Shown here piece after piece: positions 24,941-38,199 of a stretch of 64,000 nucleotides of DNA. The stretch comes from Lama guanicoe. Lineage: Eukaryota. Below the pieces are notes generated by a model. The model made no database searches. It was given only the letters and a program-made list of their open reading frames with translations, and was not told the origin of the DNA. The stretch is from NCBI GenBank assembly GCA_013239625.1, contig MU054400.1:2826282-2890281 (forward strand), read 5' to 3'. Each line of letters starts with the position of its first letter. The stretch's first letter is position 1. A program made the position numbers and the translations under genes.

Positions 24941-27269
24941 GACAGACTCCCATGTCCACTTTTCTTCTTTGCTTGTTTTATGCATTATTTACTTTTCTAG
25001 AAATTTATTTCCAGATTCATTTTGGTCTGGGGGCCGTGGTTTCAGCTACCGTTGAGCAGAGCTGAGCAACTTCCTTTGTGTATATTTGAGGTTTGTGCAG
25101 GTTTCTGTAGTTATATGTTAATTGAGCAATAGGTTTTATGTCACTTGCCTCCTGTTTGGACACAAGATTGTAGTACTCTGGCATCATATACTAAGAAGAA
25201 TCACTGGCTGGAGTATTTTGGCAAAAACAAATCTAGACACAAATCTATATTGGCAGCAGCAAGTACACTTGCTTCTATAATGAAATTTATAATGCCGTGC
25301 GTCTGTACTGGATGTTTGAGTCGTTGGTGAGCCTCTCTGGTCTGGGAATCGTGAAACAATGTCTTCAGGAAGATCTCATTTTACATTGCAAAGAGTTGCC
25401 CTGTGACTTTGCACTATATGCTTACCGTAGTAAACCAGAAGGCAAGACACACCTGGGAGAACAACAGATTGACTTGGGTGTCTCAACATGGTTGTAGTGA
25501 AAATTTTTTGAGTATTTTAGTACCCTTCAAACCATAGGCTGTATCTTTGTTTTTTTCCTACTCTGCTTGCAGCATTTTTAGGTGATGCCACAGATGGGGC
25601 AATGACATCAGTCTTTGGATGTGCTCCCCGTCCCATGTGAAGTCCCTGACATGGTGGTGGTTAAGCCCTTGGGCACTTTTCATCAGGTCCTGCCGATCAG
25701 ATCCCATCCTCCGTAGAATCATTGAATTTTAATTGTGCAATAGCTTTGGCTTTCCTTACGCATTCGAGCTTTGCCAAGAACTTTGTGTTTCCTGCTTTAA
25801 TTTTCAGCTCATAACTAAACTTCATTTTGCAAAGTCAAACCGGAGCTTTAAAAGCCTTGCTGACCGTCCTCAGCCATTTACTTTAGTTTTTCATCTCCAG
25901 CTAACAAATGGGAAACAGCATCCTCTGTCCCACTCCCACACCCCGTAATTTTGATCATCACAAGAATTCGAATGAACTAAGATGTCACTTTTCCCCTGGA
26001 GCTTAAAATGCTCAGGACACTCCCTGGGTGTTCTTGTGTCTAACTCTTCAACCTACAACTTGCTTCTGACCCAGCATGTGATTTTACACAGGAGGCTCTG
26101 AAGTGATTTGATTGACCCCATTACCAATGAGAAGCAGTAGATCCTACGTTGTCTTGTCTCCTCCCCTCTCGTCCATTTTGGTTCTGTTATCAAGTCCATC
26201 GAAGTTCTCCAATAAGACTTGAAGTGTAGGCATTACTGTGCTAAAACTTAAAATGCGCTCTGTCTTTGGTATTTGTGTGAAGCACCGTAGGGCATAGACT
26301 TGGTAGGGATATACTCTCTCTGCCCTCCTGTGGCTTAAAGTCTGAGATGCAGGAACGTAAACAAAAGAAATACAAGTTTAGCAAAAGTATAAAAGAAGGA
26401 CGTGTGGAAGAGAGTGCCATAGACATTAAGAGGTGGTGAACTAAATACTCACAGGAGGTGGCTTTTGCATTGGCTCTTCAGGAAAAGTGAAGGCTCCTAA
26501 AGGAGAGCTTGCTGGGTGGCAGGAGATCGTAAGAGGTGTGATGGTGTGTGGACAAAGGACATCCTCGGGAAGCAAAAGGGGTGTTTGAAGGATGGTTCAG
26601 CAACTTTTGGAATGAGTACAGGAAAGAAGATACCAGGACCTAAACTTACATAGTGGGAAACTTCTGCTGCCGACACAGATGATACACTAAATGATGGACT
26701 GCCTGTCCAGAGGTTCTGAGTTTAGATTCCAGCTCTCACTCCATTCCTGGACATGTCACAACAGCCAAGTGGGTTGAGTGTGTCACTCATGAAATAGAAA
26801 AGGCACAATAGCATGGGAGAGTTAATATAATGACCAACAGATATTAAATGTTCCTCAGATGTCAAATTAGGACAGTCGGGGTTTAAGCCCAGGTGCTGAA
26901 AGAAGGTGAAACTGCACCTAGCTCAAGTCCAACTTTGTGCAGGAAAGCTTTCTGCCCCCACGATTTTCTAGGCACCAAATCCTATGAGAACACAAGAGTG
27001 TATTCTATGATTTTACCTGGTAAACATTTTCCAGAAGGCTCGGGGAGCATTGGCTTAGCTTTCCAGTGGAGCTGAGCCGCTGTCCTGTCACCCTAGCCAC
27101 CGCTCCATCTCCAGAGTGGCACCATGCCCTGCAGACACCCAAGTTGGCAGTTTTCTACTTGAACTCTCGGATGACAGATGTGATAAGATTTGCGTTTTTA
27201 GATAGCAGCTGCATCTTTCTTCCGTTCCCTTTGCTTCCTTTCGACTCAGCAGTTTTCCTTTTTTGCGCC

Positions 27270-27620
27270 AGATAAATTGCTGTTAATTTAAATGTGCTGC
27301 AGATCCTTGCCATTTTCCGGCTGATTGCGTCTGAGTAATAGGAGGAAAATGCCTGCACGTTTGAATGTAAATAAATCTAAATGGGTCGGAAGCCAATGGT
27401 AAAGAAAGCACAGTGCTTCGCTGACCTGCAGCACCGCCCCCTCCCGCCCCCAGTCCTTCCTTTGAAGAGGTCGTTGAGCAGATCTGGAATCAGCAAGTAG
27501 CAGAGCCTGAGGTTCAGGGCACATCCGGGTTTCCTTCTCTGCTTTCAACTCTCCATCACATTTCTCATTCCGCACCTGCTGTATCCTTGTTCTTATTTGG
27601 CGCAGCTAATGTAAGCAGCA
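27270..27620. promoter_or_regulatory. Candidate enhancer or alternative promoter
   Basis: Apparently unique sequence with gtaaataaa (forkhead), cggaag (ETS), ccaat and tandem GC boxes ccgccccctcccgccccc; CpGs locally retained. Confidence 0.3.
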
Positions 27621-28416
27621 GTGGCAGTTTCTCTGGAGTTGTTTTTGATAAAGGAGCTGTTTTCACGATAACTACCATGCACCATCGGAATTCTGCAAAT
27701 GCTTCAGAATGTCACATTGTCAAAATATCTATATTTCAGGCTCAGAAGCTAGACAGCTCGTTTGGCTGCTAAACCCACAAGATGTTCAGCCATTTGTTGT
27801 CGTCTAAAAACTTTCCCCCTCACTAGGAGACAATAATTATCTATTGTTTTCTATCATTTTGCGGCCCCTTTCATGAGTTTCTTCTAACATGAGAGGGCAG
27901 ACGTCTTAAGATTCTAGTAGGTAAGTGGGGGCCCTAACTGAATTTTACTATCAACCCCTTAGAAACATGAAGCATTGGATACATGTCCTTGTAGTCAAGT
28001 AAATCAAACTAAGTTTTCAATAGATGCTGGCATATTTTAAGTATGTCAAGAGGATGGGAAGATCAAGGGTATGGAGAGGGGGTTTGACTTGCCTTCCTTG
28101 AGGTAAGAGGTGGTGTAAGTGATGGTTTGACTGCAGACACTGCATATTGCTTGTCATTGTAGCAAGCTGGCTTTTCTTCAGGAGAGATATTGTGTGCGCT
28201 TATAGGGTGGCTTCCCTTGCTTTTATTGCAGGGGTGTGTACGAGCTGAGGTGTGCATCTTTGAGAAGGATGCATCACAAAAGGCAAAGCAGAAGGAGGTT
28301 GAAGAGGGACACAACATCAACTTCAATGGAGGCAAATGCTGTTGCAGCCTGAGGGAATGGCAGTGTAAAAGAGCTCGCAAAGAGCCAGGCAAATCGTGTC
28401 TCCCAATTGTAATAAT

Positions 28417-29050
28417 GTTTTCTTTTTGGTTGTCAAATAACCCTTTATTAAATCTTGTTTCTTTGTAGTTCTTAACTAGCAGGGCATTCCACTGCCACTG
28501 TTGTCATCTGTGATGTCATGAGGGTGGCGGCCACCAGCATTGCAGCCCACAGACTGGGCAGTCCCCAGGATCTCTTTAATGGTTCCAGAGAGTTCTCTAG
28601 CTAAAAATCAGTGCCGCATCTGTCTGGCAGTGTTGATAGTGTCATCAAATGTGATGTTTCCACTGTGCTTAATTTTTTCTGCTTCTTTCTGTCTCTTGGG
28701 GGTTCCTTGAGGGCTCTGATGATCAGGGCAGAGGCAGAAAGTACCACCTCAGTCTGGGCCTGTTGGTTCTGAATGGCCAGTTTCACTGTAATCCTCAGAC
28801 CCTACCAGTCGCCAGTTGTCTTGCCCAGGTTGTACCAATCTTTTGTGGAGACAGACCCAGGGGGCCGATCTTGGGGGCCAGGGCACATGTGGCACCGACT
28901 TCCCTACAGGTGCACCTGAGGTGTGCCACTGTGATCTCATTGGGGTCGAGCCTAGGCAGCATGGTGCAGGCGCCTGGTGTCGGATGGACCCGGATTCAGG
29001 ACGACCAGAGAAAGTTGCCCCTTGGCCTCCTCTGAGCTAAAAGCCAAAAG
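28417..29050 (-). pseudogene. RPL12: Processed pseudogene of 60S ribosomal protein L12 (uL11)
   Basis: Minus strand reads [39 protein letters not shown]..., ...[32 protein letters not shown]..., and ends ...AVECPAS*. ATG at 28962-28960, stop at 28474-28472, no introns. RPL12-like 5'UTR starts CTTTTGGCTTTT, AATAAA at 28449-28444, A-rich tail. TSD ctcccaat(t/g)gtaataat at 28400-28416 and 29051-29067. Frameshifts and an in-frame TAG at ~28804-28802. Confidence 0.96.
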
Positions 29051-30069
29051 CTCCCAATGGTAATAATTAAAGAGCCTGGGGTGGGGGGTGTTGCATGGCA
29101 GAGGAAAGTGGCAAATAGAAGCAAAAGAACAGCCTGGTTCCGAGGTAAGCACTCTGACATCAGTAAACTCTTCGAATTCTTGGGCCACATACTCAGTGGA
29201 AATAAGGTTTGCACTAGCAGTGTATTCTGTTCTGTCGTTTTAATCAAATCAGTGCTTCAAAATGGAATGTGCAGAGAAACTATTATGTTGAATCAACAAA
29301 TCTTTTTGTTTGGGGATGATGTCTTCCATTTGTATCACCAAGTTTTTTCCTGTTTTTATTGGCAGACTTGACATCTTCACATGCATCTTATTGTTTCCGT
29401 GGGAAGGAATTTGAGATCCACCCTCTTAAAACCTGAAAGGGTAGCTATGGTGTTTTGGTTAGTTAATTTGGCAGGCTCGAGCTCTGTGCCACAGTGTACT
29501 CTTTAGCACTCTTTGCCTGGAGGCTGAACTTTTAGAAAGAGAAGAGAGACAGATATGAAGGAGACTTAATCAGCGTCACTGTGTACTTCCTAAATTCTCA
29601 GTGCTTTGTGGGTGATTAAATCCACAACCAATGTTTGGCGTCTGTGCCCAGTTCTTTTCCTGAGACTTGGACGGGCGGGAGGTGGAAATGTCATTGGAAT
29701 TAAGCTCCTAGACTCTCTTGGTACTGTTGTTCATGATGATACAGATGGGTGGTGGTAAGTACAGCTCTGGAGGCAGATGACACCAGCGCTTGGCAGACCA
29801 GACAGCAGGCTGGGGAGGATGGAGTGTCTGGAGGGCTGGGTGTAGGAGCATCTTCCAAAGTCGAACTTGGAAATGTCTTGGAAACAACTTGGGGGTTTGT
29901 ACTGTGATGTCATATGTTTTGTCACTTACGACCCTGATGAAGATTCAGGGAAATTACACACAGGATTCTGGGTACTAGAACCTTCCCTGTGCCTGTGGAG
30001 TTTTCGTAGGCAAGTTCGGAGAGACTGTGTCCTCCCTGCACAAGGACACGGTAGGGCAGCCACAGAATC

Positions 30070-30270
30070 AGAGGTCCTGGGTCAGAATCTGAGCTCCGTC
30101 ACATGCTAGCTGTCACTGGACCTTGAGGGAGGCCTCTAGGCCTCCGTTTTCCTAGCAGTAAAGAGGGTGCAATAATAGATTTTTTCTCGTGGCATTTTGT
30201 GACATTAAAAGGGATAATTTGGGCAAAGAACTTAGAAGAAAACCTGGCACAAAGTAGATCAGCTGTTATC
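30070..30270 (+). mobile_element. MIR SINE
   Basis: cctgggtcagaatctgagctccgtcacatgctagctgt...cctccgttttcct...aagaacttagaagaaaacctggcacaaagtag. Confidence 0.75.
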
Positions 30271-30414
30271 TGTTGTGCAAGTGATTCCCTCAGCTTTCTC
30301 TGTGGCCAGTGAAGTATTAGAGGTCGAGGACTCTATTTTCTTTATTTTTGTATCATGTATTACAGTGCTTACTGCTTGGTCAGGGTTCAGTAGATGTTTG
30401 CAGAATCAATTGAC

Positions 30415-30570
30415 ATTAAGTATTATATATTACATGTTTTATATATTAAGTACTATATACCATACGTCCTATATTGTATATGTAATGTATATATATACAA
30501 TATACTTCATGTTGTATGCTATATACCGTATGTTATATAATAAATGTGTGTCGTATGTATCATGCAATAC
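30415..30570. repeat. AT-rich low-complexity (TA-rich) tract
   Basis: tattatatattacatg...tatatatacaatatac...tgttatataataaatg. Confidence 0.75.
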
Positions 30571-33500
30571 TTAATGAAATTTAGGCAGTTAGTTATTTAA
30601 TAGTAGGATTCTTGAAAAAGAATCAACATCTTTGTGTGAGCTCCGTATTTTCCTGGTTAAAGCCAGTCAGTTCTCTGATCTGGCTGAGTAATTAATCAGT
30701 TATTTTAGAAATAATTTGGTTTTATGGGTGGGAAAATTAGGATTTGGGTAGATATTTGTTGTTGAATTTTATTTTTTCCTATATATAAAAATTATTCAGG
30801 GGTCATATAATATTGCACACAGATTTCTCCTCCTTAATGTAAGATGTTAACGTCTGATGCAGTTATAGGTAGAGCTGTGTGCAGAAGTCCTTTGCATTTC
30901 TCTCCTGTGTTTCACGTGCCATGTAAAATCGGTTTTGATTTTAAAACCACGTTACTTGATAATGAGACTCACATTCTCTCCTGATTTCTGTTTCGTGATT
31001 ATATTACGTTTATGTTTTCAAGCATATTCCATGTTTGTCTTGATTTTGATGTTTATTTATCATGTTCTCTTGAAAGCGATTGTACTTGCATGTTAATTTC
31101 CATTGATTTTTCTTTTGAGCATGACTTATGTTTTATTTTGTGTTTCTTTTAGGTTTTGTTTTGTTTCATAAGATCCCACTGGATGGGTAGCTGAAGTAAA
31201 GGAAAAGACAGAGAAAGGGGCTGTGGTGCTTGTTGGTTGATGCTGCCTTGTAAGCCGGACTCTTGGGGCTGGCGCTGGCTTCTCCCGGGAAATGCCACTC
31301 ATCTGGGGCTTTCTGGTAGGCGTGGGCGGTGTTTGCAGGAGTCCTGCACCAAGCCTTCAGGGCCTGAGTGTGAGTGGGGAACACCAGCGCAGAGACGGCT
31401 CACAGGCAGCTAAGCAGAAGCTCAAGGGAACATCTTGAATTAATGCTTCTCTTTGCTCTTACGATCACTCAAGTACAAAATTGAAATGAAGTGCTACCGG
31501 ATTGTGCTTCTCTTCGGAAAGGTGTGCTGTTTGACCATATTGGAAATGTATTGATTTTCACTGTTTCTGTTTATTAAAGGTGAACTGCAAAGTTAAAGAA
31601 AAAGAGTTAGGGACAGTTATAAGTACACACTAAACAGTCTAATCTCCATTTAACACGAATTTTAGCACTGTTTTCTGCTATCGCTTAATCAGTACTGAAT
31701 TCAGAAAGTTTCCCTTTTCCATGTAGAACACAGTGACTAAACGAGTTAAGGGCATGTCCACCATCACTTTGGGGACTTGGGGGTGTCACACTGAGGGGTT
31801 CATTGCTTCACTGGCCTTGAAGGTTCAGAGTCATGCAGTCAGCAATAATGATTTCCTTAAAGCTTATCAGCAGGCAAAAAGAAAAAGAAAAAAGAAGCTA
31901 TTTGGTCAGGGGCTGTGGATTTCGTTTAGGCATAGTCGGTTTCAGAATAACGGAGAGCGTGGAATATATACATATGGTGCATATGTCCTTTCATTTGCCC
32001 TCTGCGAGCCCCCTGCTTTTTAGAAGTGTGCCGAGTGAGCAGGCCGCAGCATCTCACGCTGTTCCCATGACAGAACTGTGGCTTTTCTACTCTGAAAAGG
32101 CCTGCAAGCAGAATGGCTAGCCTGCTGGGAGCAGGAGCCGACACTCTAAGAAGGCTAGTCCCCCTACTACCTGTGCCCTCCTGCTGGGTTTTCCCGGGCA
32201 GGACAGCTCTTCCTGACCCAGGAGCACAGGGGTGGCAGGTCGCTAATGAATGTGTGCTTTGGAATGTCCGGCTTCAGTGCTGAGAGGGCAGCCTTGGCGC
32301 TGCAGAGCCTGCGTTCCTGCCTTAGTCTTACCGTGGACACCTGTGTCACGCACTTGGCCATCACAATAGCCTTTGTACACTTTGCTTAGTGTGCACCAGG
32401 CAGGTCCCTGTCCAGAAGAGAGGTTTAGCTGCCCCTGTTCCACTTCCCACCTTAGGAGAGCTTCAAAGCCAGGCTTGGAGCATTTTGTTTGAAAACACAA
32501 TCCTCTCTGACTGTTAAGGGCTGCACAGAGATGCTATGGCTGAATTGGGAACTTACTGATGTTTTTAAATTTTCTTTTTTTAGGGGGCAGTGGGGTATAG
32601 TTACTCAAGTTTTGCAGTTCAGCTTTAAGGTTTTATAGATTTTTAACTAGTCCAACGTATTTGGGAACATTGTTTTGAATCCTGTGTAACCAAGGCATTA
32701 ATCTTAATAAACCAGGATTCGCTTAGGCATCACTTGATATAAAAATATTATCATGATGAATATTTTTATCATGTATCTTTTACATTAGCCACTAAATATG
32801 TTATTGCTTGATGCAGACATTTCACAGTCCTATGGATTACAGCATTTGACTTGGCTGCTCTGTACTCACGCCTAATAGAAGGGCAGTTTCTCCGAAGCAC
32901 AAACAGGCTGCTGTTCTCAGGAGCTGTCTTTCCAAAAAGATATTTGAGTGTGAGGGCAGCTGAACCTGGATGTCAGAGGTCTGAATATTCTCTGAATTCC
33001 CATTTTCCTGCTCACTGCTGAATGACGGTTCCTGTCATGACTTAGATTTGGATCTTTCCCGAAGGTGTTGATTTACGAAAAGGCCAGCTAATTGCAGAAA
33101 TCCTGAACCCTGAAAGAAAAATGAAATTCAAACCAAGAGCCAAGCAGAGGCTGTCAGGACAGCAAGGTTCTTAAATATCAGCCGTTTGGTAAAATTTTTG
33201 TTTAAGCTTTTACATTTTCCCTGGAGGCATAAAAAGGCAGTGAATTGTTTAAGGACTCTTTTGTAAGTATCCCAGACCCTAAAAGAAAAAAAAAAGAATA
33301 TTTGTACTCAACAGCTAAAAGAATTACAGGGTAGATTTTTGTTTTAAAGTGGAGAAAAGTGGACAGATGAGGCAATTGAAGATATCAAAGAGCAGTTGAC
33401 ATCTCCTAGGGAACAATGGAAACAGCAGGCTATTAGAAAATGGTTTCGTATGGTCTTGTGTTCTTTGCTTTTCTTTTTTTTAAATCCCTGAAGACCTCAG

Positions 33501-33659
33501 TCCCAGCCTCTGCGCTCTGGACCACCCCCTCATCCTTTGCTATCATTTGATGCTGCTTATAAGAACTCTTTTTCGAGCTTCCTAAAGGTGTGTATGGTGC
33601 ATTTTTGCAACATTAGAGAAGGAGAGGCAGCCGTTTTGCTGAAATCAAGTCTGTCGCCC

Positions 33660-33965
33660 TCCAACAAGAAAGTGGCATTTCGGTGCCAGGCAGGTATCCT
33701 AAATGAACAGCGTGGGCTGGGAGAGTTGAACACCCTCCCCTCCAGAGAGGCAGCTGTCCTCCAGGCCCAGCCAACTCGTGCCTCCCAGGAATGTGGGTCC
33801 AGATTTCCAAACCTTCTGATTCTTTAAGAGCAACTTGAAACCTGGTGGGTTTTTTTTTTTTTTATGTGCAATGTCCCTATTTTTAAAAAGTTGGCTCAGT
33901 TATTTTTAAAACATTATGTAGGCCAACAAAACATGTCTGTGGGGCCGCTGGTTTGTTAGTTTTGT
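33660..33965 (+). mobile_element. MER102-like hAT-Charlie element
   Basis: gccaggcaggta...ggaatgtgggtccaga...ttctgattctttaagag...atgtgcaatgtccctattttt...aggccaacaaaacatgtctgtggggccgctggtttg. Confidence 0.6.
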
Positions 33966-35889
33966 CTTTAAAGCAAGATCATTGTTCTCTCACTGTATCT
34001 CGCCTGCTATCTTGCCGTTGGCTAGCGCACTTCCTGGGACCGCCACTGAGAGCCTTAGTACCACAGAGTTTAGTGACCCAGGGATCGGCAGCACGTCACT
34101 TACTCTTGAGGCCCTCCTGTATCTTTGCTGGCTGGGACCTCGGCTCTCTCACCCTGCCTGGGAACTCTCCTGCAGCGATGTCCGCCCCCAACCCCCAAAT
34201 GGCCCCACTTCCGCGTGGCCGGAGACAACCTAGTGAGTCCTACCTCCTGTTTTTGTCTGACATGACTTTTCTCCCAGTCCATGTCACTTGACCCGTTCAG
34301 GGGCATCCGGGTTCGAATGGGAAAGCACACAGCCCCTTTTTATGGGTGTCCTTAATGTACTCATGCGGCCACTGGTAGGTGGAGAGCAGGTATGTCATCT
34401 GTCATCTTCAAGATGTATCTTGAATCGGGTCCCTCTGAGACCACCCCCCAAGGCAGCCGAGAGAGACTGAGAAACTCCCACTGCTGTCCCTGTGATACAT
34501 CAGTCTGAGGCCAAAGAAAGTCCATCTCTCAACAGGAGAAATTAATCCCCACATCGAGACGACCAGTTCAGGGGATTTCCCTCCTCGTCTCCAGCAGGGA
34601 CTGGTTTCACTTTGACCCCCGGAGCCTCCTTTCCAAGAGCAGGGAGCAGAGGTGAGAAGGAAACGACCCCAGCCCCAACCCCACATTGCCCCCCCAGGGG
34701 TCTGCTTTTGGCTCCGAACTCTTCCAGTCATCGTGAGTTACACCCGGAGTGGCTGGGGCCTGCCGCTGCCCCGCGGACAGAGCGTTCAGCGTTCAGCAGT
34801 GGGAGGAGTAAGCAGCTCAGGGAGTAGAGGCGGAAATTCAGGCCACTGCCCGGGGTGAGGACCACCATGATGGAGGTGCTCCTGCCTTTTCTCTCTTCTT
34901 TTCTCTTCTTGAGTCTCTTAAAGTCCCTGGCTTTTTTTTTTCTCTCTCTCTCTAGCATTCTAAATTGACTCTGTGACAGTTTATTTTTATTTGCTTCATT
35001 GGTTGCTTTGCACACACCTTTTTTTTTTTCTTCCCAATGCAAAATGGAATCAAAACACTAACCCAGCCCAGTACTCACTCTTCTCTCCCTCCTCTGGAGG
35101 GTGGATGATTGACGCCTTCTCCTGCTCTAGTGCTTTCTGTCTAGAACTCCTCCCTGGGTTTGCATCTCATTTCCTCCCACTATAGTGGAAGCTCATTGCA
35201 CCTGGTTTTGTTCAGACTCTAGACACAGACAGAGAACAACTGAAGAGAAGCGATTTCATAAAATCCAGAATCTTCGCAGGATTGCTGCATGCAGCCACGT
35301 GGGCTGTGCCAGTCCCGCCCAGTCCAGGTCAGGCGAGCCTCCAGGGTTGTGCCCTAGCAGACTGGGCTCCCTGGAATCCAGGACAGAAGTGGCCATCCTG
35401 TTAAGTGTGTTCTACTGTGTTCACACACTGACAGCACCTGCAAACCATGTCAAGGGCACCTGAGAAGGTTAAGGACCCTCGTGGACAGGGCAGGGATGTA
35501 ATTTTCTGTAGGGTGCTGCCAGACTGAATTAAGTTAACAGAGTTCCCCATTCAGAATGTGACGTGAAAACAGTTGTCATGGAAGGCGATTTTCAACTCAA
35601 GTTAGCCCACTTCCTTGTCTTGAGCTTCAGGGACAAAGGAACCTTGCAGCCATCTGATTTTGACAGTGAGATCACCCTGAGTTTAAGTCGGGCTGATGCT
35701 GCGTGGAGCCTTGGACGTATCGTGAGTGAGCACCCAACACGGGTCCACATTGGCTGTGTCAGGAATCTTAGTTTTCACGGAAAAAATGAGTGTGTAAGAG
35801 GCAAAGAACAGAACAGAGATGTTCACCACCTTTAAGACAGTTCATTTATGAATGGAGCTTCTATAAACAAATATAAGATAGCAAGATAT

Positions 35890-36010
35890 TATATTCACAA
35901 TGTGTATGTATGTCAAATCATCACACAGTACACTTTAAATATCTTACAATTTTCTGTGTTGATTATACCTCAATAAAGCTGAAAAGGAAAAAACAAAAAA
36001 AGAAAACCAG
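35890..36010 (+). mobile_element. Short L1 extreme 3' end with polyA
   Basis: gtcaaatcatcacacagtacactttaaatatcttacaatttt...ttatacctcaataaagctg followed by an A-rich tail. Confidence 0.75.
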
Positions 36011-37114
36011 CAGGAGACTCCAGAGAAAGACAAATCCTTGAGCTTCATTCATTGTGTTCAGATCCATTTGCTGTAATCCATAGCGGTGGCCTGTGAATCA
36101 TTCTCGTGCCGTTTTCTTCCCCCATAATGTTCCAGCTTTTAAAGTCATTTTTTCACATTTCCTGTAAATAATGGATAATCATTTTTTTATTTTATTTTTA
36201 AGTGCTGTTTTAACAATGTGGATAGACCATAAATGTACTTGCTGAATTCATTCATTTTTAACAAGCCAATAAAGTTTTATAATTCATCGCCATGTGTCTC
36301 GCATTCTCTATAGGGCCTTGTATATTTCCCTCCCTTCGTCAAACACACACCCACCCTGTGTGTCATTGGTGGTGTCCAAGACTATAGGTGTTAGAGGAAA
36401 GAGTGTGAGAAATATCACTGGGAGTTTGGTGGGAGTCCCAAACCCACTGTAGATCCTGGAATAAATCTCTTCTATAAAGAGGACTTTTAAAATTTCCATC
36501 AGTGTGAATTATACATTTATTGTTTACTGATTCTTGCATCAGATATGTTTTCATTGGTTAAAAGGCAGTCCAAAAAAAAAACCCAACAAAAACGTCCTTT
36601 GGTATTTTAAAAACTTGGAATGAGTGAGCAGGAGGTACACTCAGTGCTCTGTTCTACGTGACTTTGTGATCAAATGAACATGATGACTTGTGCTTTATGG
36701 AAGGGGGAGAGAGAGGAAGACAGGTGGCCATGGAGATAAGATACCATCAAACTTTAACTGTTATCAGGTGCCCGTACTTCACATCCCCTTTGTCTCTGTT
36801 TCCTGCCTGGCCACAGTGTCCCTCCCTCAGTTTCCCCTTTTCGGATGGGACCTAAAAGCTGGGTTCCCAGCTCTGATTCATTTGAGACTGCTTTCCCCTT
36901 CTTGTAACCCTGCAAGGGTTCTGCTCCAAATCCAAGACTTAGGAATTGGACAAACAATGTGACGTGATGTCTTATTGAGCCAAGTACGTGGACCCTCTCC
37001 AAACAGCCTGCTTATTTAGTGCTGGTGCCTAGTGCTTTTTCCTAAACGGCCTTTTAAATCTGCTGAGTTGAGAACAGATTTCATTGTCCCTTTGAAAATT
37101 ATCTAATAATTGAG

Positions 37115-37330
37115 GCAGTAGGCACTGGACTCTAACTAGGCAGGCTTGAATCCCAGCTCTGTTCACAAGCTCAGTGACCTTGGGAAAGTTATTTTACCAC
37201 TTCATTCCTCAGGAGATGATGCTAACAGTGACAGTGCCCCCACCCCACTGGGCTCTTATGAGCATTAAATATGAGGGTGTTTGTGGGGGGGCCACTCAGC
37301 ATCACTGATAAAAATGCCTGGAAGGACTTG
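37115..37330 (+). mobile_element. MIR SINE
   Basis: ttgaatcccagctctgttcacaagctcagtgaccttgggaaagttattt...atgagcattaaatatgag. Confidence 0.7.
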
Positions 37331-38199
37331 GGTTGACACTGTGCTTGGGTGTGCCTCAGGAAGTGCCCTCGAATCACAGACTCGCTTGCATGTATTGGTC
37401 ATATGTCAGTTGCATGGCTGCAAACCACGGCGTCCAAATGAAGGAATACTTCCCTCCCTGCATCATTCTGGACGTGGTCCAAACAGTGAAGGCCACTTCG
37501 GAGCTTTCTCGGGAGTAATCGTGATTCTCCTACATTCCCTCTCTGCCCGGGAAATTCTTGCACGTTGATCACAATCAGATGTGACTTTGACAAAACAAGA
37601 GGATATGATTTGTTTGGATCTGTTTTATGATTGTTCTGTGAGTTCGAATGATGCTCCTTGGTTTGCGGATTCTGGAAGAAGAACGTTGAAGGTCATATCC
37701 CAAATACTGTCTTCGTCTTCTGTTCTCACTTCATTCATTCAGAGTTTTTCATCATTTGAGGAGGGTCTACATTAATTTCAATTTTTGAATTTTCCATTTT
37801 AAAATCTTTGGCTAAAAGTAAAAATAACAAATGGATTGGCTGAGAGAATGAAAGGAAAGACTTGTCTCAAGTTCCCTCCAGCCATAGAAACAAGTGTTTG
37901 CAGGCAGTGAGCTACAGATAACCTTCCTACTTCCCAGGGTAGTTTCTCGTCACAACTCTAGCAGGCAACATGCGATTGGCCTAGTTGGAGCTACTTCACG
38001 TTTGATGTAGTAAAATTCATTTATTTAAAAGTATTTTGTAATTTCGGCTTTTTTTTCCCCCTTGTTAAATCATTTTAAGTTAAGTGGCACTGAAGTTTTA
38101 CCGGCACTTAATTGAAGGTACGTGTACTGTGGTTTCCACCTTTTCTAACACATTTTAAAGCAGTATTTACCATAGAATGTAAAAGGCAGTACATAGTTA

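Noticed and set aside
24599..25055. Poly-His / poly-Thr / poly-Met-Gly ORFs
   Set aside because: Produced by the (CAT/CAC)n repeat in several frames; no domain or splice context.
28601..28786. 61-aa RPL12-like ORF as a functional gene
   Set aside because: A fragment between frameshift/stop lesions of a processed pseudogene.
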